A DNA stretch of 64,000 nucleotides from an uncultured Planctomycetales bacterium (GTDB lineage Bacteria > 4484-113 > JAFGCY01), in assembly GCA_964609245.1 (NCBI GenBank), contig CAZSSB010000003.1:55854-119853 (forward strand). Reading direction: 5' to 3'. A program made the position numbers and the translations under genes. A model generated the notes under the pieces. The model was given only the letters and a program-made list of their open reading frames with translations, did no database searches and was not told the origin of the DNA. Shown here piece by piece: positions 36,733 through 48,500 of this stretch (its first letter is position 1; every line of letters begins with the position of its first letter).

Positions 36733-38121
36733 CTACTGCTCCCAGCTCAGCGTGGTGTAGTCGAAGGTCTCGATCTCGTCGACCAGCTGCTGGATCCTGC
36801 CGCCAAACGCCTGCTGCTCGAGCAGGGTGTCATCATGCAGCTTCTCGAGGTAGATCAGTGAGAAGCTGCCGCTGCCGGTCAGCAGACTCTCCGCGTACAG
36901 TGGCCAGTACTGGCGGGGGGGCAGCTGGCCCGCCAGATACAGCGTGGACGGGCTGCCGATAGCTCTGAGCTTGGCTCGCAGCCGGTCCTTCTTTGCCTCC
37001 AACTCGTCCAACGCCTTGCGCGCCTCCACGCTGAGAGGCTCGGGCCACTGATCTTTGACAGCCTGAAGTGGCAGGACGATCAGCACGCAGCCGAGCAGGG
37101 CCTGGATCAGGGTGGTTCCTTCTGCGCTGCCAAAACGGCATCCAAACGTGTGGAGTTCGTCCAGAGCGGCCAGGTCCTGGCGTTCAATCGCCTCGGCGAT
37201 CAGCAGCTTGGCTGTGTCCTTGACCATGATGAAGTCGGGGAGCGCCAGCATGAGGGAATGCTCGCACAATCTGCCGCTGACGAGCTTGTCGTTCAGTGGC
37301 CGGCCGGCGCGCATGCCGCCCCATAGTTCGTCGAAGGGGAATCCGGTCAAGGACGTGTTGCGAGGCGCTGCATTGCCCTGACGAAGCTTGTCCACGGCGG
37401 CATCGTAGTTACCGCGCTCGGTCTCATACATCGCTGCGTAGTAGTAAGGCAGTGCTTCGTCCGGCGCAGCGGCGAACAGCTCGGAGAGCAGCAGCTTGTA
37501 CTCGGTGCCGCGGTACTGGTCCACTGCCGCTCGGCGCGCCTGCAGGTACGGTGCCTTGGTCTCGTCGCGATGTTGCGGTGGAGTGACCGCCACATACTGA
37601 TTCGTCGCCTCTCGCCAGGCCCGGTCGCAGGCGCGCAGCAGTCGCAGCAGCACTGCACCGTCGACCGCGCCGCGGCGCCGCGCCTCTTCCAGGTAGCGGG
37701 CACGTGGATCGAGATCGACTTCCGCCCACTCGCTGGAATAGCCTTCCGTCGAGCACCTCGCGAAGTGGTAGCAGAGCATCCAGTAGCGTGGATCGTCCCC
37801 GAATTCCACCTCCCATTCGGCGAGCACGCCCTCACAGATACCTCGGGCATCCGTGGGCATGCCCCACGGGGACAGCGCTGGATCACTCTTGCTGGCGGCG
37901 ATCGTGCCAAGGAGCCTGTCCAGCAAAGGATCGCCGGTGGAGGCGCTCGGCGGAACAGCCGTATAGACCGTCACCAGCAGCGCGCACCAGGCGAGGACGG
38001 GCGCCACGATCAGCGCCAACCAGACGCCGCGCCCCTCCGCCAGCCAGGGCTGCCTTGCAGCTGCATGGGCGTCGGGGCTGCCGCTATCCCGCTCCCGGCT
38101 GCTGTGCTGAGTGTCCGCCAC
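36733..38121 (-). CDS. Membrane-anchored helical/TPR-like hypothetical protein
   Basis: GTG 38121 overlaps the upstream TAG; one TM (VWLALIVAPVLAWCALLVTV); APDEALPYYYAAMYETERGNYDAAVDKL TPR-like segment. Confidence 0.7.
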   Translation of the reverse strand: MADTQHSSRERDSGSPDAHAAARQPWLAEGRGVWLALIVAPVLAWCALLVTVYTAVPPSASTGDPLLDRLLGTIAASKSDPALSPWGMPTDARGICEGVLAEWEVEFGDDPRYWMLCYHFARCSTEGYSSEWAEVDLDPRARYLEEARRRGAVDGAVLLRLLRACDRAWREATNQYVAVTPPQHRDETKAPYLQARRAAVDQYRGTEYKLLLSELFAAAPDEALPYYYAAMYETERGNYDAAVDKLRQGNAAPRNTSLTGFPFDELWGGMRAGRPLNDKLVSGRLCEHSLMLALPDFIMVKDTAKLLIAEAIERQDLAALDELHTFGCRFGSAEGTTLIQALLGCVLIVLPLQAVKDQWPEPLSVEARKALDELEAKKDRLRAKLRAIGSPSTLYLAGQLPPRQYWPLYAESLLTGSGSFSLIYLEKLHDDTLLEQQAFGGRIQQLVDEIETFDYTTLSWEQ

Positions 38122-39326
38122 TACTCCCCCTTCAGCCCCCACTTGCGGCGGCGGATGGCGTCGCGGGCGAACTCGGCGCAGCCCCAGAGCAGGATCAGCT
38201 GCATTGCCAGCAGGATGCCCATCTGCCACCAGCTGCCTGTGATTTCGGGATCGGCATGGTGGCTGAAGGACGCCAGCGAGGTTGCCTCCGCGGGCATCGG
38301 CGCGATGACAGCAAGGCACTGCAGCACCCAGGCAAAACCTACGGTGATCGGCTCCATCCAGAACAGCAGGTCATCACCGAGCGCGAAGGCTCCGAAGACC
38401 AGCATGGCGATGGCGGCCAGCACCAGCGGGAACGCCCAGGCCAGGGCTGCGCGCATCCAGTCCAGCCGCCGCGCCAGATAGAGCAGCAGCCCGACGGTCA
38501 GCACCGTCAGCGTGCCGTACATGACGGCGGCCATCGCGTCGAACTCCTCGCCCTGCATGCCGCGGGAGGCGAATACGGCGTAGAACACGCCGCCCAGCAG
38601 CGCCAGCTGCATCAGCAGCTGCAGCGCCGCCCCGACGCTGGGCATCATGCCGGCCCGCGGCACCAGCCCCACGCTCACCATCAGATAGGTCAGGGCCAGC
38701 ACCGCCAGCGCCCCGCCCAGCACCACGTAGGCCAGCACCAGCAGTGCGGAGCCGAGCGTGTCCAGCGCGCCGCCCAGCGATGCTGGCAGTCCGGTGCGCA
38801 GCACATTTGCACTGACGCGCAGCACGCTGAGCAGCAGCAGTGGCGGCAGTGCCAGTCGCAGGCTGTGCAGGCCGAGCCCGACCAGCGTCTCCTGCTCGCT
38901 GAGCGCCGAGACCGCCAGCATGTCGTCGAGCGTCTGTCTGAGCTGCTGGCGCGGCTGCTTCTCCAGAAAACCCAGCGCCAGCTGCGCGATGGTGTAGAAG
39001 CGACCCAGCAGCCAGGCCCCGGCGAAGATGGTCGCGCCGACCACCAGCAGCCCAGTGCCCGTCCGGACCGCCATGTGGGCATAGCCCGGGCCGTTCTCCG
39101 GCGCCAGCACCTCAAGCGTGAACAGAACCAACCGGATGGTCAGGCCGAGCGAGATCAGGGCCAGCAGGATCAGCAGGCCCAGGTTGCGCTTCCACCAGGC
39201 CACCGTGCTCAGCCGGTGCCGCTCGGCGCGCAGCCAGTAAGCGGCCAGCGGGTTGTGGCGGATGGAGAGCCACGCTTGAGCCCAGCTGCCGCCGATATCG
39301 AGCAGGTGACGTGAAATCGCACTCAT
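38121..39326 (-). CDS. Polytopic membrane protein (ABC-2 permease-like N-terminus)
   Basis: HNPLAAYWLRAE N-terminal motif, about 9 hydrophobic segments. Confidence 0.65.
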   Translation of the reverse strand: MSAISRHLLDIGGSWAQAWLSIRHNPLAAYWLRAERHRLSTVAWWKRNLGLLILLALISLGLTIRLVLFTLEVLAPENGPGYAHMAVRTGTGLLVVGATIFAGAWLLGRFYTIAQLALGFLEKQPRQQLRQTLDDMLAVSALSEQETLVGLGLHSLRLALPPLLLLSVLRVSANVLRTGLPASLGGALDTLGSALLVLAYVVLGGALAVLALTYLMVSVGLVPRAGMMPSVGAALQLLMQLALLGGVFYAVFASRGMQGEEFDAMAAVMYGTLTVLTVGLLLYLARRLDWMRAALAWAFPLVLAAIAMLVFGAFALGDDLLFWMEPITVGFAWVLQCLAVIAPMPAEATSLASFSHHADPEITGSWWQMGILLAMQLILLWGCAEFARDAIRRRKWGLKGE

Positions 39327-39387
39327 CCCACCGGATTATACCGGCGGCTGTGCATGCGAAACGGACCTGAACGGCGAGCAGCCGCTG

Positions 39388-39984
39388 TCACTCTTCCACC
39401 TTGAACACGTCGCCCACCGGGGCATAGCGGCCGCCGCCCATACGCGCCAGCGCCTTGAAGCGGTGCGGGTCGACGCAGCCGTGGTCGTCCAGCAGCGTGT
39501 CCTGGATGTGAAACAGCCTGATCTCGGCCAGCAGCAGCGTGGAGCCCTGCTCGCCGAGTGATATCAGCTGGTGCGTCGTGCACTCCATGCACACCTTCGC
39601 CTCGGCGATCCGCGGCGCGCTGACCGTCTCTCCGGGCAGCGGCGTGAGTCCCGCCGCCTCGAACTCGCTCTGGCCGTAGGGCAGGTCCTGGCCGCAGGCG
39701 TCCACCTGTGCGACCTGGTCCAGCGAGGGCACGCTGACGGTCAGCTCGCCCGTGCGCTCGATGTTGCGCAGGCTGTCCTTGCGGCCCTTCTCATCGTGCG
39801 GGCCGAAACCGATCCCGATGATCGGCGGGGTGCTGGACAGCCCGTTGAAGTAGCTGAACGGCGCCAGGTTGAAGCCGCCGTCCTCATTGACGGTGCCGAC
39901 CCAGGCGATCGGGCGCGGGATGATCGCGCTGATCATCAGGTAGTAGCGGCGGCCGGGACTTAAGCTGGCGGGATCGAGGCGCAT
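39388..39984 (-). CDS. Flavin reductase family (DIM6/NTAB) protein
   Basis: SAIIPRPIAWVGT, NLAPFSYFN, KDSLRNIERTGE, ALARMGG. Confidence 0.93.
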   Translation of the reverse strand: MRLDPASLSPGRRYYLMISAIIPRPIAWVGTVNEDGGFNLAPFSYFNGLSSTPPIIGIGFGPHDEKGRKDSLRNIERTGELTVSVPSLDQVAQVDACGQDLPYGQSEFEAAGLTPLPGETVSAPRIAEAKVCMECTTHQLISLGEQGSTLLLAEIRLFHIQDTLLDDHGCVDPHRFKALARMGGGRYAPVGDVFKVEE

Positions 39985-40044
39985 CGCGCTATCCTCCGTG
40001 GTATATAATCCGCTTTCGGCTATTGTCCCACGGGGAATTCTCTG

Positions 40045-41040
<996 letters not shown>

Positions 41041-41119
41041 GCCCGGCCTGGGTCCAAGCGGAACACGGGGGAGCCGCGCGGCGTCCAGAGCATAGCCTGC
41101 GGTTATCATTAACCAGCGC

Positions 41120-42376
41120 GTGTTCTCGAAGTTCACGATCAATTCGGTTGTCCTGCTGGCGTTGACGGTGTTCAGCGTCGCGGTTGCGGCGATCTACCGC
41201 AATCCGCTGGTGGTCTACACGGCGGTATTCCTGGTCGTGACCAACATCGCGCTGTTCACCTGGGCGCAGCTCAGTGTCGCCGGGCTGACCATCAGGCGGC
41301 GCCATCCGCGTTTCGGCGTGGCCACGCAGCCGACGGAGATTACGATCGAGCTGGTCAACGAGCGGCGCTCACCGCGCTACGGCACCCTTGGCTTCGACGT
41401 CCACGCCCAGCTGACCCCCGGCCAGGACTACACGCCGGTGGCGTTTCTCGATGCGCCACCCCAGCAGCCGGTACTGGCCGACTACACCCTGGTGCCGCAG
41501 CGCCGGGGGGTGTTCCGCATCGGTCCGTTCTACCTGTACGGCGGCGATCCGTTTGGCTTCTACAAGTGCTGGTCGCGGCGTGAGCAGTACAGCGACCTGA
41601 CCGTGCTGCCCTGCCCGGTGGCGTTCAGTTTCCGGCGGCCGGCCAGTATCTCGCAGCTCAAGCAGGACGAAGTCGAGACGGTCCCGCTCAGCGGCGACAG
41701 CACGGAGTTTCTGGGCGTTCGCGACTACGTTGAGGGCGAGCCCCTCAAGCGCGTGCATTGGCGGACCAGCGCGCGCATCGGCCGCTTGATCAGTCGCCAG
41801 TACGAACTCAACGTCGCCGCCTCGCTCAGCGCGCTGGTGCTGGTTGATGAGCCGATGCTGACGGGTACACGCGTGGACAGCCCGCTGGAATACAGCCTGA
41901 CGATGGTGGCCAGCCTGGGCTACGCCACGGTCAGCGAGAATTTCCACTTCAACTACCTGGCGGTGATGGGGGATCAGCACGATATCTGCGCGGGCACCGG
42001 CCGCGGCTTCTACGAGGAGCTCGCGGTGCGGCTGGCGAATCTCAACCAACTCGGTCCCGTCGACTGGGAGAGCCAGGGCCGCGTGGTGCTCAACTACCTG
42101 CCGGCGGGCTCCCACCTGATCGTGTTCACGGCGGACCTGGGCGGCAAGACGCGCGAGCGGCTGCGCCAGCTGGCGACCCGCTTTCGCGGCCTGACGGCGG
42201 TGACGTTCAACCTCGACAGCTTCAAGCACGCGCGGGCGTCGCAGCACGCTGGTCCGCAGTTGGTCCTGGGCGAGGGCTACCTGGTACTTGAGGTTTCCTA
42301 TCGCGATGAGCTGTCGGCCGTACTGGCCCAGTGCCTGAGTGCGCCGGCGATGATCGGGAGGCAGCGATGGGCCTGA
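41120..42376 (+). CDS. DUF58 domain protein
   Basis: RRGVFRIGP...GDPFG, EFLGVRDYVEGEPLKRVHWRTSAR; follows MoxR. Confidence 0.92.
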   Translation: MFSKFTINSVVLLALTVFSVAVAAIYRNPLVVYTAVFLVVTNIALFTWAQLSVAGLTIRRRHPRFGVATQPTEITIELVNERRSPRYGTLGFDVHAQLTPGQDYTPVAFLDAPPQQPVLADYTLVPQRRGVFRIGPFYLYGGDPFGFYKCWSRREQYSDLTVLPCPVAFSFRRPASISQLKQDEVETVPLSGDSTEFLGVRDYVEGEPLKRVHWRTSARIGRLISRQYELNVAASLSALVLVDEPMLTGTRVDSPLEYSLTMVASLGYATVSENFHFNYLAVMGDQHDICAGTGRGFYEELAVRLANLNQLGPVDWESQGRVVLNYLPAGSHLIVFTADLGGKTRERLRQLATRFRGLTAVTFNLDSFKHARASQHAGPQLVLGEGYLVLEVSYRDELSAVLAQCLSAPAMIGRQRWA

Positions 42377-44820
42377 GGCGCAGCCGCCAGCGGCTGGCGG
42401 CGACGGCGGTGCTGGACGCCAACCCGCGGCAGCGGCTGCTGCTCTACCTCTTCGGCTACCTGGCAGCGCTGACCGCACTGCTGATCCTCCACCTCGCGCT
42501 GGACAATCTCAACCTGACCCTTGGGCTGGTGGGCGCGCTGACGGCGGGCTACGTCTACAGCTACTTCCTGGCGCCGGTCTACCGCGCGATTACCACCTAC
42601 AGCATTTCACTGCTGGCCGCCGGCATCTCGGTGTCCTACTTCCTGAAGATCACCGCCAACCTCGCGCAGTACGGCAACTTCCTGGGCGTACTGCTGGGGA
42701 TCCTGACGGCCCTGCTGGCCTACAAGGCGTTCTCGCCCGCCGACCATCGCTTCATCCTGATGGTCTGCGTGATCTTCCTGCTGTTCAGCGGCGTGGCCAG
42801 CTACGACCTGAAGTTCATGGTGCTGCTGCCGCTGTTCCTGATCTTCGCGGGTGTGGCGCTGCACGTCGCCAACCAGATCGACGTGGCGGTGCGGGTCGCT
42901 GGCACGGCGAAGGAGCCGGCCGAAGTGCGCTTTCACGTCGGGCTGCAGTTCCTGGCCGTGCTGTTGCGCGCGATTCTGGGGCTGATCGGGTTGTCGATCG
43001 TCGCCTATGTGATCGCCCCGCATTCGGCGCAGGGGCCGCAGAACCGGGTGCTGACCAAGGCCCCGGAAGTCAGCAATCCCCTCAATGAGCAGGCGGATCT
43101 GACCGGCATGGGTGGGAGCCGCGAGAACCCCGATGAGGTGCAAATCGGCATCGGCAACGAGTTCGACTTGACCGATCAGCGGCGCCTGACCGCGGATCCG
43201 CGGCCGGTACTGCAGCTGAAGAGCCACCGCGCCGGGTATCTGCGAGCCCAGGTCTACGACGTCTACACGGGCAGCGGCTGGGTCAAATCCCCCCGCCTCG
43301 ACGAGAGAAAGGGCGGCAGCCAGATTCTGCGTGACCTCAGCGATATCAGCGAGAGCGGGCAGTTTCACGGCGACTTCTACAAGCTATATCTGGTGCCGCT
43401 GGTCGATTTCCCTTCCGAGGACTACGCCGAGGAGCTGGGACGGAAGCATGGTGTCACCATGGATCCTGAGAACGACTTCTCGGGCGACGAAGTCTCGGAT
43501 CTGAGCTACGACATCCTCCGTCAGGAAATCAAGCTGCTGGAACCGCAGCCACCGTTCTACTACGCGATGTACCAGCCGTTCAGGCTGGAGAATGTTTCCG
43601 AGACTGACGGCCGCGCGCAGCTGGATACCCCGCTGGTGGACGCGGCCTCGGTGGTGCGCCCGCTCTCTCTTGAGGTCATGCACCCGGTTAACTTCGCCTA
43701 CACCGTGTATTCGCTCGAGGTGCGCCCGAAGCCGGCGGCTCTCAGGCAGGTCGTCTCAGGCGGGCCGGCCGGAATCGTCAGGGATTACACCCAACTGCCA
43801 CTGGAGGAGCGCTACGATCCGCAGCTGCATCGCGATCAGCAGGGAATCGCCCGGGAGGAGTACCGCCCGATCAGCCGCCAGCTGGTGAACTTCGCGGGGC
43901 AGTTCTCCCAGCATCCGGCGGGCGTGGATCAGACCGGTCAATTGGTGCCGACCTACGACAAAGTCCAGGCGATCGTCAGCCACCTGCTCGACGAGGACGA
44001 AGGCTATCTCTACGACCGCGAGTTCACCCTGCTGGACAGTGACGCCGAACTGACGGAGGCCTTCGTGCTGGGGACCCGCCAGGGTTACTGCCGTTACTTC
44101 GCGAGTGCGATGGCAGTACTCTGCCGGCTCAACGGCATCCCCGCCCGCGTGGTCACCGGTTATGCACCGGGTTCGTTCAGCTTGATCGAGAACGCCTACA
44201 TCTATCGGGCGAGCAATGCTCACGCCTGGGTCGAGGTCTACTTCGACGGCTACGGCTGGATAATGTTTGACCCCACGCCCACCAGCCGTAGTCCGTACGG
44301 CGGGTCCGACGCCGCGCAGTGGCTGGGCGGGATCGTCGACTTCCTGCAGGATCTGTTCATCATCGACCCGGCCAGAACCCAGCAGATGATCGTCGGAGTG
44401 CTTGGAGACCTTTGGCGCCTGATCGTTGCCCACTGGCCACTGGCCGCGGTTGGCGCGCTGGCGCTGCTGGCGATCGGGGCACTGGTCTGGGCGATGCTGA
44501 GGCTGCGGTGGCGGAAGCGTTCCCGTCGGCTGACGGCGGAAAACCCGGTGGTGGCGGCCTACGACGGCGTCGCTCGCGAGCTCGCGCGCCTCGGATTCCC
44601 GCGCAGACCGGGGCAGACCGCCCGCAGCTATCTCGGTGGCGCGGGCGAGGAGCACGCCGTGCTGGCGGAGCCGCTGGCGCGGTTGGCACCGGCCTATGAG
44701 CGCGCGGCGTTCTCGGTGGGCGGGCCGACCGATGTCGATCTGCGGGTGGCGGCCGCCGCGCTGGCGGCGGTGGAGGACGCTGTCAGCGCCGAGCTGCAGC
44801 GGCGGAGGCGCAGCCGATGA
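42367..44820 (+). CDS. Membrane transglutaminase-like protein (TgpA/DUF3488 type)
   Basis: N-terminal TMs; YLRAQVYDVYTGSGW; GYCRYFASAMAVLCRLNGIPARVVTGY; AHAWVEVYFDGYGWIMFDPTP (C-H-D triad). Confidence 0.92.
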   Translation: MGLRRSRQRLAATAVLDANPRQRLLLYLFGYLAALTALLILHLALDNLNLTLGLVGALTAGYVYSYFLAPVYRAITTYSISLLAAGISVSYFLKITANLAQYGNFLGVLLGILTALLAYKAFSPADHRFILMVCVIFLLFSGVASYDLKFMVLLPLFLIFAGVALHVANQIDVAVRVAGTAKEPAEVRFHVGLQFLAVLLRAILGLIGLSIVAYVIAPHSAQGPQNRVLTKAPEVSNPLNEQADLTGMGGSRENPDEVQIGIGNEFDLTDQRRLTADPRPVLQLKSHRAGYLRAQVYDVYTGSGWVKSPRLDERKGGSQILRDLSDISESGQFHGDFYKLYLVPLVDFPSEDYAEELGRKHGVTMDPENDFSGDEVSDLSYDILRQEIKLLEPQPPFYYAMYQPFRLENVSETDGRAQLDTPLVDAASVVRPLSLEVMHPVNFAYTVYSLEVRPKPAALRQVVSGGPAGIVRDYTQLPLEERYDPQLHRDQQGIAREEYRPISRQLVNFAGQFSQHPAGVDQTGQLVPTYDKVQAIVSHLLDEDEGYLYDREFTLLDSDAELTEAFVLGTRQGYCRYFASAMAVLCRLNGIPARVVTGYAPGSFSLIENAYIYRASNAHAWVEVYFDGYGWIMFDPTPTSRSPYGGSDAAQWLGGIVDFLQDLFIIDPARTQQMIVGVLGDLWRLIVAHWPLAAVGALALLAIGALVWAMLRLRWRKRSRRLTAENPVVAAYDGVARELARLGFPRRPGQTARSYLGGAGEEHAVLAEPLARLAPAYERAAFSVGGPTDVDLRVAAAALAAVEDAVSAELQRRRRSR

Positions 44821-45566
44821 CCAGGCGCGTGATCTTCAACGCCGATGACTATGGCCTCAGCCCGGGCGTCAGCGCCGGCATCCTGGCGGCGGCCGAGGGC
44901 GTTGTGGGGTCAACTACGGTTATGGCCAATCTCGTCTCGCAGCTGGAGGCGGACTTCCTGCGCCGCAGCGGCGTGTCCGTGGGCGCGCACCTGACGATCA
45001 CGGTCGGTCTGCCGCTGAGCGACGAGTACCCGGAGGAGCTGCGGGGTCCTTACGGGGGCTTCAACAAGGAACTGGCGCTGGACGCGGCCACCTGGCGGGA
45101 CGATGCGCGGCGCGAGGCGGTGGAGCGCGAATGGCGCGCGCAGCTGCGCCGCCTGCGTGAACTGGGCTTCGAACTCGATCATCTCGACAGCCACCACCAT
45201 GCCCACCTGCTGGGCCCGCTGCTGCCGATCGCCGTCCAGCTGGCGCGCGAGCGCGGTCTGGCGCTGAGGACCCGGCCCGCGAAGGTCAGTCCGGTGCGGC
45301 GGGCGGGCGTGCTAACCCCCGATCTGCTGATCGAGGGATATTTCGGTATAACAAATGTAGGGATGGATCATCTGCTGGCCCTGCTGGATGCGGCAGATGG
45401 CGACGTGGTTGAAGTGATGTGCCATCCGGGGCGCGTTGACGGGCTGCTGAAGCTGCGTTCAGGCTATGTGGCGGAACGGGAGGCTGAGTTGGACGTGCTC
45501 AGTGATCCAAGGCTGAAACAGGAGGTCAGGCAGCGAGGATGGATACTTTCCGGCTACCGGTGGTAA
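44817..45566 (+). CDS. ChbG/HpnK (YdjC) family deacetylase
   Basis: IFNADDYG, GAHL, HLDSHHHAH, EVMCHPG, REAELDVL. Confidence 0.92.
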   Translation: MTRRVIFNADDYGLSPGVSAGILAAAEGVVGSTTVMANLVSQLEADFLRRSGVSVGAHLTITVGLPLSDEYPEELRGPYGGFNKELALDAATWRDDARREAVEREWRAQLRRLRELGFELDHLDSHHHAHLLGPLLPIAVQLARERGLALRTRPAKVSPVRRAGVLTPDLLIEGYFGITNVGMDHLLALLDAADGDVVEVMCHPGRVDGLLKLRSGYVAEREAELDVLSDPRLKQEVRQRGWILSGYRW

Positions 45567-45583
45567 GACGGCTCGGGGGAGCC

Positions 45584-48500
45584 ATGGCGGCGGCGCTGGG
45601 GGCGCTGGTGCTGAATGCTTGCGGGGGCAGCGCCCATGATGCTACGGCGGTGCCGGTCGCGCAACCGACGGCGGGGCCCGTGCGGGTCTCGGCGCAGTGG
45701 CTGCGGCAGCAGCCGGGTCCGCGCCTGGGCGAGTACAGCTTTCACCTGCTGGACTCTGACGGCCGCGCGCTGAGCGACTGGTCGCGCGTGGGTCTGAGCG
45801 TCTCGGCGGGCGGCCAGGTTGGCCATTACGTAGTAGAGGCGGCCGAGCGGCCAACGGACGATATTTACCTCTATGTCACATACCCGGGCGCGGATGTCCA
45901 CGTTGGCGATGCGCGGCTGGCGAGCGGTCGCGGCGGTGAGTATGTCTTTCTCTCCGTGCCGGGCCGGATCCGCGACGTACTGGTGATCGGGATGGCGCGG
46001 ATCGGCGGCCGGCGAGCGGCGGCCCTGAAGCCCGGGCCGCTGGCGCGGATCAGCTTCGCCGCGGGCGGCGAGCAGGTCGTAAGGGCGGCCAGCCGCGTCA
46101 ACGAGGACCCGCGCAGCGCGGCGGTGTTCGGCGCCAGCGGCGGCGGGGACTGGTTGGTCGCCGACATCTGGTGGGAAGAGCGCAACATCGGCGACTACAA
46201 CAACAACGGCCTGGTGGAAGTGGCCGACATCACGCCGATCGGTGTCTACTTCGACCAGGAAGTGGCAGCCGCGGACGACCCGGCGCTGCTGGAAATCGTC
46301 GACGGCACCCTGGACGGGTTCGTCACGATCCACGACATCACGCCGATCGGCCAGAATTTCGACGCGCGTATCGACGGCTTCCGGCTGTACGCCGCCTATA
46401 CAGAAAACCCCGATCCCGAGGACTTCGAGCTGTTTCCATGGGAGGACTACTCAACCTGGCCGCGCCCGGAGCTCTATGACGCCACGGATGAGCTGGCGCG
46501 GCGCAAGCGCCTGCAGTACCGCGGAAACATGATTCCGATTGATGATCCGGCGGGCATCTGGACGGGAGGCAAGCTGAGCCTGCTGGTGCGTGCATTCGCC
46601 GACGATGGCGGCACGATCGAGGAAGGGCCGCCCAGCAACGCGGTCGAGCTGAACTACAGCGGCCTGCCCGTCAATCACGCGCCAATCTGGGTTGAACAGC
46701 CCGGTCTCACCGCAGCCATTGGCACCGGTGAAGGAATCCTGGTGCGTTGGGGGCAGGCCCTCGATCCGGACGGGGACGAGATCGAATACGTACTGCGCTA
46801 CATCGACGGCGGTCAGGCCATCGGCCTGCCGGGCACGGTGGTGCTGGTGATGCCGCCGGAGACGACTGCCGGAGGTCCACCCTACGAGTACTATGTCGAG
46901 GGGCTGACGCGGGGCGAGGAATACACGCTGCTGATGAAAGCCCGTGACGAGCTTGGGCTGGAGAGCAGCAATTCCGCCACCAGCCTGGTGCGCGTGCCGG
47001 CGCTGGGCGTCAGCGCGGATACCTGGCCCTACCACCGCTTCGATCCGGCGCGGACCGGCTGCAATGCGGAGTGCTTGCTTGAGGAACCTCTTTGTGAGGC
47101 GTGGACTGCGCCGCTCGACTGGCCGACCGCCACGGAAGCGCCCAACGAGCCGCTGATCAGCGCTGAAGGCTGGATCGGCGCGCCGACCGGAGATGGCCTG
47201 TTCAGGCGCTATCTGCTCGAGAGCGGCGCGGATCACTCCTTTGAGCATTTCTACACTGTCGATCGCTTTCGCGGTTCTCTCAGCGGTGGGTACATGGCGT
47301 ACGGCGAGCCCTCATCCGGACTGGTAGTTGAACAGCTATACGGCCCGATGTGGCTTTGGCCGGAGGTTGGCGAGCTGACGGGCGGCCCGTTGGTCCTAGG
47401 TGACCTGGTGTTCGCGGCGGGAGGCAGCGCCGTAGTCGGCGCGGAGATCTACTACGGTTCGGAGTGGTTGTTCGAACCCGGCGGGGATTCCCCGTACACA
47501 CTGTCCCCCGCCGCCGACGAGCAGCACCTCTACACCGTCCGCGACGATGGGCGCGTCGACAAGCTGGATCTGCTGACCGGTGACAACGCCGCGACCGGTG
47601 ACCTGGCGGCCATTCCCAGTGGCGACGCTGTTGCGCTGGACTCCGCGAGCGGCCGGCTGTACGTGGCGACCGAGGATGACTGGCTGGTGGAGCTGAGCGC
47701 GGATGACCTGAGCGTGCTCAATCGCTGGCCGGCGGGCGAGGACGACCACTCGATGACCAGCCCCTGCCTGGTGCTGCATAGCGATCCGCCGCTGGCCGTC
47801 GTCGGTCACGGACTCTACGGCATGATCGAAACGCCGGGCTTCCTGCATGCCATCAACCTGCTGACCGGTGATACGGAGTGGACGCGGGCGATCCGCTTTC
47901 CCTTCGTGCCCCAGCAGATCACCGCCGGGCAGTCACGTCTGTTTGTCGTGTCACGCAACGGCGGGCTGTTCGTGCTCGACTTCGCGGGCAACGTGCGCCA
48001 GGAGGTGGACTTGCAGGCGCCGATGCACTCATCCGCGGTGCTGGCCGCGGACCGGCTGGCGCTGGTCAGCACCGACAGCCTGCGCGTCTTCGAGGCGGCG
48101 GCCGACGAACCGCCGGTGTGGGTCGGGACCGAAGGGGTGCGCGAACTGACTACCGGCGACGGCAGTGTCACCGCGCACTGGGATCACGCCGTCGATGACA
48201 ACGGCGAGCCGGTTCACTACGCGCTCTACTATCGGGCGGGCGCTGCTCCCGTCTTCAGCCAGCCGCTGGGCGATACGCAGCTGATCACCGGTATCGAGGA
48301 CAACGGCTTCGGCCACTCATACATGATCGACGGCCTGGACAACGGCACGCGCTACTACGTGGCGGTGCGGGCATATGACGGCCGCTGGGACGATCTGCCC
48401 AACGTCGAGCAGAACACGAACGTGTTGGCCGCCACGCCGCCCTGGCAGCGCGAGCAGCTGGTGCTCGGCGGCGACCTGCCTGCCGGCGAGATTCTGTTTA

